Source: a virus
Lineage: Duplodnaviria > Caudoviricetes
IMG/VR virus record: IMGVR_UViG_3300032290_001036
Span: 2,510-66,509 of that record
Length of the DNA: 64,000 nt
Direction: 5' to 3' (one strand)
The translations under genes and the position numbers were made by a program. Below the pieces are notes generated by a model. That model did not search any database. It saw only the letters and a list, made by a program, of their open reading frames with translations, and was not told the origin of the DNA. Below are positions 50,012 to 56,863 of the stretch, in pieces. How positions within the stretch are numbered: the stretch's first letter is position 1; every line of letters begins with the position of its first letter.

Positions 50012-51543
50012 TATCCTTTATAAGGATATGCTCCTTGGATTTGCCGCAGCTTTGCTTTTTGTTCCTGTGAAAGGCCGCTGCTGTCTATGCTTCTGCGTAC
50101 GTCATTAAAACTTTTTGCAGCAGCCGCATACTGTTTTACCCCTTTTACGGAGTCGCTTTTAATTTTATCCGTTTCATTAATCTTATGTATATATGACGTT
50201 AATGCAGTGTTGTTGGGTCTGTTTTCAGGTTTATCTGGCAATGTTGGCACTGCTGATCGTACTGTTTCTGTAAGTGAAGATGAAGCAGATGGTATTGCTA
50301 TTGATTTACTTGTAGGTTGTCCCGTGCGTACAACTTGGCTTAAACTTTTTGATTCGCCTGGCGGTACTTGTGAGTTAGATAATTCTGGTGCAGGTGATAT
50401 TGACGGTCTATTTTCGTTGACTGGCTTACCAATTGTAGTAGCAAAACTACGTTGAGAAAATTTTGGTGGATCAACTGCAATCTGTGCACCAACATCAGAT
50501 AATCGTATTTCTTTTGACGTAGGTGTCCCGGCATTACCAAATTCATTATTTACGGCATTTGACGAACGCATTTGATCTGCATTAGGCAGATTAATATTAT
50601 TTTGCGTATTTTGCACTTGTGGTTCAGCAGAATTATTTGGTTGCAATTTTCCAGTTGGCGTCAAATTTGTAATCATTTGATCCATCATGTCTGATGCCCA
50701 CTGACCCCATTGTCCATTAATTTTCTTTTTATGTACCCAATATTTAACAGCTTCTTTAATTTGAGCTACATCGCTACGGCCTTTTTCCCAGCCGTCTGCA
50801 GTTTTATACGCATTGTTTGCTGCTTCATATGCTTTATCCACATATGCTTGTGCGTATGTTTGGTCCCACCCTTGAAAAGCGTTTGGATTTTTATTGCCAA
50901 GTTTTCCGTTTTGTCCATACAGCTGCCCAACGTTTTTGTAATGATCTACTACTGCATAAAATGCTTTGTTTTCTTGTGTTGTTTCTGGTGGTAATTTTGG
51001 CGTTTTAATCGCAGCGGGTGCTACTTTTTTAGTGGCAACATTATTTTTTACAGGAATCGATACTTGTTTATTGTCAAGTGTAGTTGCAGTAGCTACTTTT
51101 TTGGAATGATTGGCAACATCATTTAAATACGCTTGCGGAGGTGTTTTATCTGTTGGTATTTGATACGACGCAGGAAAAACGTATACCTGCACAGATTTTC
51201 GGCCCCACGCATTTGCTTTTTTTTCGGCTTCTGGATTATGCGCTGTTCCTGCAGCATTTACACCGCCAAATGCTAAATCAATACGGTTACCGCGAATTGC
51301 TCCGCCGTGATCTCTAGCTACTCCCCAGCCATATCCGGGAATATATATTTTGCTGCCTAATGGAATATTAGATGGGACGGCAATGTCGCCCATGCCAACT
51401 CGATCTCCAGCAGCCGTAGTTGGTCCACCTTCCATTCTGTATTTTCGGCGCAAAGTAGCTGTTTTTGCAGCAGATGGTTTAGGTGTTCCGTAATATCCCG
51501 TCGCAACAACATTCCAGCGACGTCCAGTACTAGGATTTGTCAT
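50011..51543 (-). CDS. 3D-domain (MltA-like) lytic transglycosylase fused to a long low-complexity tail
   Basis: ATGY...TAAG...IAVPSNIPLGSKIYIPGYGWGVARDHGGAIRGNRIDL. Confidence 0.85.
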   Translation of the reverse strand: MTNPSTGRRWNVVATGYYGTPKPSAAKTATLRRKYRMEGGPTTAAGDRVGMGDIAVPSNIPLGSKIYIPGYGWGVARDHGGAIRGNRIDLAFGGVNAAGTAHNPEAEKKANAWGRKSVQVYVFPASYQIPTDKTPPQAYLNDVANHSKKVATATTLDNKQVSIPVKNNVATKKVAPAAIKTPKLPPETTQENKAFYAVVDHYKNVGQLYGQNGKLGNKNPNAFQGWDQTYAQAYVDKAYEAANNAYKTADGWEKGRSDVAQIKEAVKYWVHKKKINGQWGQWASDMMDQMITNLTPTGKLQPNNSAEPQVQNTQNNINLPNADQMRSSNAVNNEFGNAGTPTSKEIRLSDVGAQIAVDPPKFSQRSFATTIGKPVNENRPSISPAPELSNSQVPPGESKSLSQVVRTGQPTSKSIAIPSASSSLTETVRSAVPTLPDKPENRPNNTALTSYIHKINETDKIKSDSVKGVKQYAAAAKSFNDVRRSIDSSGLSQEQKAKLRQIQGAYPYKG

Positions 51544-51558
51544 GGGCTTATACGTAAA

Positions 51559-51810
51559 TTATTTACAATTCCATGCTCGCAATGACTTATTAATTCGCGA
51601 GGATGGATCATTTGCAGTTGCTGCAGATGTACGTTTCTTTTTCATGCCTTCCATTCTTGCGCAAAATGAGGCACGGCGTCCTGCGTCGGCTTTAGTTTGA
51701 GGATTTGGAGCTGGAGGCTTCAAATTTGATCCAGTTGTATTATTAAAATGTGCTCTTCCAGCAGCGTTTAATCCACCATTTGGATTTTGATATTTCTTTA
51801 CAACTCCCAT
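51559..51810 (-). CDS. DUF6321-like conserved small phage protein; first gene of the late block
   Basis: GGLNAAGRA...LKPP...RRASFCARM.GM...SRINKSLRAWNC. Confidence 0.75.
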   Translation of the reverse strand: MGVVKKYQNPNGGLNAAGRAHFNNTTGSNLKPPAPNPQTKADAGRRASFCARMEGMKKKRTSAATANDPSSRINKSLRAWNCK

Positions 51811-51855
51811 TTTGCACCTCAATACATCATACTATATCTATTTATTGAATAAAAT

Positions 51856-51870
51856 TACTTACGGTACAAT
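51856..51870 (+). promoter_or_regulatory. motif copy 1 (TACTTACGG + TACAAT -10)
   Basis: 6 nt upstream of the LuxR-type ATG. Confidence 0.7.
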
Positions 51871-51876
51871 ATCTTT

Positions 51877-52083
51877 ATGTTACACCTATCTAATCGTGAG
51901 CGCGATGTAATAAAGCGCGTTGGCAGGAACATGACATCAAAAGATATAGCTATTGAATTGAAAATAAGCCCTCGTACTGTCCATGCTTGCCTTGAAAACA
52001 TTTATTTCAAATTAAATGTATCAGGATACGGAGCGCGTATGAGAGCTTATAACGAGGCAGTTAAATTAAACCTTATTGATTAA
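51877..52083 (+). CDS. stand-alone LuxR/GerE-type HTH regulator
   Basis: LSNRERDVI...MTSKDIAIELKISPRTVHACLENIYFKLNV. Confidence 0.9.
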   Translation: MLHLSNRERDVIKRVGRNMTSKDIAIELKISPRTVHACLENIYFKLNVSGYGARMRAYNEAVKLNLID

Positions 52084-52466
52084 TCTGCGAATGGATCGTC
52101 AATATCATCTACCTGTAATTTTCCTGCTGGCTGTGGGTTAGGTGGTGAATCTTGCTCTTTACGTGAGTCGAGTAAAGACCACTGGTCAACAAGTACTTTA
52201 ACTGACTGTCGCTTTACGCCATCTTTATCAGTGTAGTTATCGAGTTGAATCTTGCCAACAATTGCCACTAACCTACCTTTGGTTGCATACGTAGCAAGCG
52301 CATCACCAGTTTGGCCAAACGCAGTACAGCCAAAGAAGTCAGTTTCCTTCTCTCTGCCTTTGCGATCCACAGCAATACGGATATTACAAACAGACTTTCC
52401 ATTTGGCGTATTTCTTGTCTCTGGATCTGCAACAAGCCTTCCAATTAATGTAACATGATTAAGCAT
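52080..52466 (-). CDS. ssb: single-stranded DNA-binding protein
   Basis: MLNHVTLIGRLVADPE...TDFF...KGRLVAIVG..., acidic tail DDIDDPFAD. Confidence 0.95.
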   Translation of the reverse strand: MLNHVTLIGRLVADPETRNTPNGKSVCNIRIAVDRKGREKETDFFGCTAFGQTGDALATYATKGRLVAIVGKIQLDNYTDKDGVKRQSVKVLVDQWSLLDSRKEQDSPPNPQPAGKLQVDDIDDPFAD

Positions 52467-52485
52467 AACGGCTCCTCCAATATGC

Positions 52486-52500
52486 ATTATACCGTAGGTA
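52486..52500 (-). promoter_or_regulatory. motif copy 2 (TACCTACGG + TATAAT)
   Basis: Upstream of the ssb RBS. Confidence 0.7.
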
Positions 52501-52511
52501 ATAGGTGAAAC

Positions 52512-52670
52512 ATGTCTACTAAAAACATTAAGCAGCTTCTCCCGTCAGGAATGAAGCACGGAATGAAGAAGGGTTTAAAGAAGGGATTTTATCGTGGAAA
52601 AGATCGCGGTAAAGAGCCAGAACCAACCTGTCCTGATTGTGGCCAAAAAGCCAGTAAGTGCGGCTGTTAA
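52512..52670 (+). CDS. 52-aa basic peptide with CxxC-x6-CxC, absent from the ORF track
   Basis: MSTKNIKQLLPSGMKHGMKKGLKKGFYRGKDRGKEPEPTCPDCGQKASKCGC; AGGTG RBS; hairpin downstream. Confidence 0.65.
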   Translation: MSTKNIKQLLPSGMKHGMKKGLKKGFYRGKDRGKEPEPTCPDCGQKASKCGC

Positions 52671-52674
52671 ACAA

Positions 52675-52704
52675 ATAGGGAGAACGCTTACGCATCCTCC
52701 CTAT
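52675..52704. terminator. hairpin between convergent genes
   Basis: ATAGGGAG...CTCCCTAT inverted repeat. Confidence 0.5.
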
Positions 52705-52751
52705 CATTTGGTTGTTGTTGTCCCTGTTTGATATGGTGTCAGGGTTCGTTA

Positions 52752-53057
52752 TTATAGCTGTTTTTGCTTAAATAGTCTTGCCTTTTCACATTCAGGGCAA
52801 GGGCATTTATCATTATTTTGCATAGGCTTTAATGTAACGCCAAGTGTTGCTACTATCTTTTCACACATATTTACGTCTGATGTCAACTCATAAACAAGAT
52901 ACCAAATCGCTTTTAATAAGTCTTGTTCAGTAGAGTTATTCTCTTTGCGCCCTCTACGCTGAATATATTTTAATACGCTAAATAATGGGCCAGAAAGATT
53001 CCAATCTTTAGCAATATCTACAGTTTGATACCGATTTCGATAATGTTCAAAACGCAT
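52752..53057 (-). CDS. DUF3310-like protein
   Basis: HY...DIAKDW...VLKYIQRRGRK...QDLLKAIWYL. Confidence 0.75.
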   Translation of the reverse strand: MRFEHYRNRYQTVDIAKDWNLSGPLFSVLKYIQRRGRKENNSTEQDLLKAIWYLVYELTSDVNMCEKIVATLGVTLKPMQNNDKCPCPECEKARLFKQKQL

Positions 53058-53521
53058 TAATAGTCACCAGTGCTTCCAAATCCACCGTCTTTTCGCTCAG
53101 ACGGAATATCAAACAATACATCGTCTGCTACAGCGACGATCTCTGGTAATGCAACAGGAGCAATGACAAGCTGCGCAACGGCCATCCCGCGAAGAATGAC
53201 TCGGTTTTCGCTACTACCGTTGTAAAGTAAGACAAGTAATTCCCCTTGATAGTCTCTATCTATCGTTCCGGGGCAATTTTGCACCCATACGGACTGCTTG
53301 TAAGCCATGCCGGACCTAGATCGAATCTGGGCCTCATAACCTTCAGGGATTTTTACTTTCCATCCAGTTGAAATAATGGCGTTTGCACCCGGCTTAATCG
53401 TAATCGGCTTAGCGTTATAGGCTTTTAAATCAACGCCAGATGACAAAGGCGTCTTTCTGACAGGCAAGAAGGTGCGATAGTCATCTTCTGGTTTACCGCA
53501 CCATTCAAGCTCTAATTTCAC
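53057..53521 (-). CDS. dut: trimeric dUTPase
   Basis: SGVDL, RSRSG, GTIDRDYQGE, AQLV, RKDGGFGSTG. Confidence 0.95.
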   Translation of the reverse strand: MKLELEWCGKPEDDYRTFLPVRKTPLSSGVDLKAYNAKPITIKPGANAIISTGWKVKIPEGYEAQIRSRSGMAYKQSVWVQNCPGTIDRDYQGELLVLLYNGSSENRVILRGMAVAQLVIAPVALPEIVAVADDVLFDIPSERKDGGFGSTGDY

Positions 53522-53751
53522 GCTAGTGAATCCAGCGCCATTTTAGCAAACGTAACAACAAACCTACTTGGGACCTTGACATCCTTGTTGTCAATTGATC
53601 CACACAGCCACTTTGCAACAGCAACTACGTTACCACTGACGACTTCAGCGTCATTCATTGAAACGGTAAACAAAATGTTGTTACCATCTGTAAAGTCCAA
53701 GGTTTGATCTACGGAAATATTACATCCGACTCCGGGTTTAATTAGGTTCAT
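53518..53751 (-). CDS. hypothetical protein
   Basis: 77 aa; GTGA overlap with dut; motif copy 3 lies 7 nt upstream. Confidence 0.6.
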   Translation of the reverse strand: MNLIKPGVGCNISVDQTLDFTDGNNILFTVSMNDAEVVSGNVVAVAKWLCGSIDNKDVKVPSRFVVTFAKMALDSLA

Positions 53752-53983
53752 GTCTATTAGTATACCGTAAGTAATACTCTTCTATTGCACGTTGCTGAAA
53801 TTCTATAAAGAACCTACATGGAACTTTGGCTCCGTGTATCATTTTTAAATAAATTACTGTGCATGCAGTGCCAATGTCTGGGCTACTGTACTTATGCCCG
53901 TGTAGCGTGATTGTGAAGGCTCCTGATGGCAGTTCTTCTACCCTGATGTCAGAGTCAATACCCGTATCAATTAGTAGCGTCAT
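53738..53983 (-). CDS. hypothetical protein
   Basis: Likely start MTLLIDTG, overlapping the thyX end. Confidence 0.55.
   Translation of the reverse strand: MTLLIDTGIDSDIRVEELPSGAFTITLHGHKYSSPDIGTACTVIYLKMIHGAKVPCRFFIEFQQRAIEEYYLRYTNRHEPN
53759..53773 (-). promoter_or_regulatory. motif copy 3 (TACTTACGG + TATACT)
   Basis: Lies inside the 3' end of the upstream ORF, 7 nt before ATG 53751. Confidence 0.65.
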
Positions 53984-54623
53984 GCTTTGGCTCCATATAG
54001 TGTGTTTCAAAAGCCTCAGTTGTAATTGGAAGAACTTCTTCCAGTACGTTCCAACAATCTGTGGCTATTAATCTGTGTTCTTCTTGAGTGTGGTTGTCCA
54101 TGCGTACCCGGCAGTAATGTAGCCAGTCGCGCACTGTCCCCTTCATGTATAGACGCGTTCCTACACAAAGCGGTAGCACCATTCGTGCAGATTCAAGCGC
54201 TACACCACTAGACACTAAATCGTTGTATGTCCGAACAGCAAAAAGGATTGATGCCATACCCTTGTTGTCCATGATTAACTGTGTTTCAGGATCCTCGTAC
54301 GGAAGGCTTCCTTGTCGGTTATTGCTGCCTTTTCTCCGCATGTTAGGAATGTCCATTTCAATCTTGGACGGATCTGCATATCGTTGGCTGAACTCTTGGA
54401 AATGGAAGCTCCTGTGTCGCAAGATTTGTGCAGATACAGCTCTAGATGTATAGATTTCCATGGTTACGTCAACCATTTCAAAAACAGACCAGTGACCTTC
54501 ACGCATACAAAAACGTAACAACCGTTCATATTCAGGGTTTTCATCGTTACTAGAAGAGACTCTAGCAAGGTGAATCATAAACTTCTCTGCGTCTGGTTGT
54601 ATGTACTTAAGTGTGGCTGCCAT
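53967..54623 (-). CDS. thyX: flavin-dependent thymidylate synthase
   Basis: GHWSVFE and ThyX signature RHRSFHFQEFSQRY. Confidence 0.95.
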   Translation of the reverse strand: MAATLKYIQPDAEKFMIHLARVSSSNDENPEYERLLRFCMREGHWSVFEMVDVTMEIYTSRAVSAQILRHRSFHFQEFSQRYADPSKIEMDIPNMRRKGSNNRQGSLPYEDPETQLIMDNKGMASILFAVRTYNDLVSSGVALESARMVLPLCVGTRLYMKGTVRDWLHYCRVRMDNHTQEEHRLIATDCWNVLEEVLPITTEAFETHYMEPKHDATN

Positions 54624-54633
54624 CTTTCCTCCA

Positions 54634-54714
54634 TGCCTCAGACGGGACTCGAACCCGTACGTCTTGCGACAACGGATTTTAAGTCCGTCGTGTCTACCAT
54701 TTCACCACCGAGGC
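54634..54714 (-). tRNA. trnL: tRNA-Leu (UAA), CCA not encoded
   Basis: Acceptor GCCTCGG/CTGAGGC, anticodon loop CT-TAA-AA, long variable arm, GGTTCGAGTCC. Confidence 0.95.
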
Positions 54715-54723
54715 TGATGCAGG

Positions 54724-54738
54724 ATTATACCGTAAGTA
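54724..54738 (-). promoter_or_regulatory. motif copy 4 (TACTTACGG + TATAAT)
   Basis: 9 nt upstream of tRNA-Leu. Confidence 0.75.
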
Positions 54739-54820
54739 AGTATGGTATTATGTATGCACAACGCGATGAAAACTTAAAAGTCCGCCCATCATGCCTAGAG
54801 AATTTTAAGTCGAGCGAAGT

Positions 54821-54848
54821 AAAAAGCCCCTTCACAGAGGGGCTTTTT
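54821..54848. terminator. bidirectional intrinsic terminator
   Basis: AAAAAGCCCCT-N6-AGGGGCTTTTT. Confidence 0.85.
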
Positions 54849-55259
54849 CTATTCTATAACTGGGTTACCTTTAACTATTTTTCTGTTAGGTAGGATTTTT
54901 GACCAAGCAGCTTGTTTATTGCCACCTGAGTATGGGACAGCTAACCCATCACGAACCAACTGTTCGTTAAGCGTGCAAGAGGCCTTGTCTGTCGTCACAC
55001 GGACCAACCTGCGCCCATACTTGTCTGCCTTGTGTTCTACTTGGATTGAGAATTTTTCGAGTCTAGAGGCGGCGTCTTCAAACCAGAACTTGGCTTCAAG
55101 GATGCATTTTTTACCTTCTGCTGTATCCTTCTCCGGCGTATCAATTCCGTGGAGCCTACAATGCTGATCCACAAGCCATATACCAAAACCGAGATCGATA
55201 TCGCAAACGAAAGTGTCGCCATCAATAGTTCTTTTATATTTGATTCCGTATTCATACAT
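54849..55259 (-). CDS. thermonuclease (SNase-like) family nuclease
   Basis: IDGDTF, RLHGIDTPE, DKYGRRL, LNEQLVRDGLA. Confidence 0.9.
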   Translation of the reverse strand: MYEYGIKYKRTIDGDTFVCDIDLGFGIWLVDQHCRLHGIDTPEKDTAEGKKCILEAKFWFEDAASRLEKFSIQVEHKADKYGRRLVRVTTDKASCTLNEQLVRDGLAVPYSGGNKQAAWSKILPNRKIVKGNPVIE

Positions 55260-55273
55260 GTGCGCATTATAAC

Positions 55274-55303
55274 AAAAAAGACCAGTGTGGCTGACTGGTC
55301 TTT
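55274..55303 (-). terminator. intrinsic terminator abutting an extended -10 (TGTTATAAT) for the nuclease gene
   Basis: GACCAGT-CAGCCAC-ACTGGTC-TTTTTT on the - strand. Confidence 0.8.
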
Positions 55304-55362
55304 CTTTGTATGCAGAGTATGAGTATGTCGGGCTAGAAGAGGAGGTTTCTAGACTTTCATAG

Positions 55363-55593
55363 CTAACCTTTCGGTTGCAGGTAAGTTATACCACGTGCTG
55401 CTATAGCGTCAAGTACTTTTTTGTGTTCAGCACGAGCCTTTGCTCTTTGTATGCGTAAACTCCACCTATCACCGTTTACAATGCGACTTACATTCTGTTG
55501 AGTAGTACCAAACTTCATTGCTAAGTATGCTTGTTTCATACCAGACTGATAGAGTCTACGGATTTCAGATGCTTGGTCTACTGTTAACTTCAT
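55363..55593 (-). CDS. small HTH DNA-binding protein (HNH-associated-type HTH); in-frame upstream ATG at 55668
   Basis: KLTVDQASEIRRLYQSGMKQAYLAMKFGTTQQNVSRIVNG..W. Confidence 0.75.
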   Translation of the reverse strand: MKLTVDQASEIRRLYQSGMKQAYLAMKFGTTQQNVSRIVNGDRWSLRIQRAKARAEHKKVLDAIAARGITYLQPKG

Positions 55594-55674
55594 AACGTTA
55601 CACCCCGTGGGAGAAAGAGATGAAAGGCCCACAGGGTGCAACGCTATCCCCAGTGCGTTTACATACATGGGGGA

Positions 55675-55746
55675 CTCCTACTGTTGGGATCGAACCAACG
55701 ACCATCCGGTTAACAGCCGGAGGCTCTACCGCTGAGCTAAGTAGGA
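55675..55746 (-). tRNA. trnN: tRNA-Asn (GUU), CCA not encoded
   Basis: Acceptor TCCTACT/AGTAGGA, discriminator G, TAGCTCAGCGGTAGAGC, loop CT-GTT-AA, GGTTCGATCC. Confidence 0.95.
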
Positions 55747-55765
55747 ACATACCGTAAGTATACCA
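55746..55765 (-). promoter_or_regulatory. motif copy 5 plus extended -10 TGGTATACT for tRNA-Asn
   Basis: ATGGTATACTTACGGTATGTT directly before the tRNA 5' end. Confidence 0.65.
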
Positions 55766-56036
55766 TAGTGAGTGGATGTGATAGGAGGTTGGAGAGTGTC
55801 TTCTCCGTAAGGAGAAATAGTATAGAGGAGGTTGAGAATATTGGTTTTGGAGTCCCACTGATGTGAACATTCCGGGGGCAGGGGCTTGCCATGCCACCCT
55901 AGGCTTGGGGTACGGGGGGTAGGGACTGGTGGTAAATTTCCGGGCATCTAATACTGGTGTTCGGGAAGCCCGCTGGGCTGGCTGGACGGCTGGAAAAACA
56001 AACAACCCGGCTAAAACCGGGTACTGGAGAAAAACA

Positions 56037-56501
56037 ATGGCAACAAAACGACCTGACGCACCGTCACCCGCACCGACACCCGACGCTCCTGCGCCGGAGG
56101 TCAAGGTCAACCCCTTCGCGGCGATGATTGCGTTGAAGAAAGCGAACACTAAAAAGTTCGCCGTCCACTTCGAGAACCTTATCGAAGCGGTCAACACTGG
56201 TTACGATTGCAAGATTGCAATCAGTGTGGCGAGCCTTGACTGGGCTACGCTTACATCGGCTTCATCAAGCCGTGAAGCAAAGTTCCAGTCACTTTCACGC
56301 CTAGCGTTGCCTATGCACCGCGAAGCGATGCAAGGGCTATACTCCGCAGACGCAGTTCAGACGTTTGTGGAGTCGGCAGGTTCGATCATCAATAGCGTCG
56401 AGAACGCCGCAACCATACCAGTGGAGGCAGATGCCTCTGCTGCGTGGGTGAGGCGGCTGGTAGCTACGACCAAGGCGAACGGGACAACCGTAAGCCTCTA
56501 G
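56037..56501 (+). CDS. first gene of the + strand early-type block; unknown function
   Basis: GGAG RBS; P/A-rich N-terminus; own terminator; visibly GC-richer than the rest. Confidence 0.75.
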   Translation: MATKRPDAPSPAPTPDAPAPEVKVNPFAAMIALKKANTKKFAVHFENLIEAVNTGYDCKIAISVASLDWATLTSASSSREAKFQSLSRLALPMHREAMQGLYSADAVQTFVESAGSIINSVENAATIPVEADASAAWVRRLVATTKANGTTVSL

Positions 56502-56505
56502 TCGG

Positions 56506-56543
56506 ATCCCATCACGTACACAATGCGTGGTGGGATTTTTTAT
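56506..56543 (+). terminator. intrinsic terminator
   Basis: ATCCCATCACG-N9-CGTGGTGGGAT followed by a T run. Confidence 0.75.
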
Positions 56544-56695
56544 TCTTCTCTACCCTAATATGACGTCGAGTTGTTATTGGTTTGCACTCTCTGTCTGGTG
56601 ACAGCATACGGTTTACCGTATGGAATAGGATCGTAACCATTAGAGTGCGTTTGTATGGTAGCTGGCACCTAGAAGCCAAGCAGAGGAGGTTTGAG

Positions 56696-56863
56696 ATGGT
56701 TCAAGCGTTAGCGTTCATCACGCTTGCCAATGCGATATTGGCATTCGTCATTGCATTTTGCTACTTGGTTGTTGGTGAGTTTAGATGGTGTGTGTTCTAC
56801 ACCATCGCTGGCATCATGTTGATTGGTGCTCACATTGCGGTTACGACTGAAGGTACTAAGTGA
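56696..56863 (+). CDS. 55-aa two-TM membrane protein
   Basis: GGAGGT RBS; almost entirely hydrophobic. Confidence 0.7.
   Translation: MVQALAFITLANAILAFVIAFCYLVVGEFRWCVFYTIAGIMLIGAHIAVTTEGTK

Noticed and set aside
7192-50994. Many 60-230-aa ORFs nested in or antisense to the long late genes
   Set aside because: Shadow ORFs without RBS or motifs, fully overlapping well-supported genes
55598-56197. 199-aa - strand ORF and other ORFs across the tRNAs and strand-switch region
   Set aside because: They overlap tRNA-Asn, tRNA-Leu or a better + strand gene, have no RBS and show no recognisable motifs
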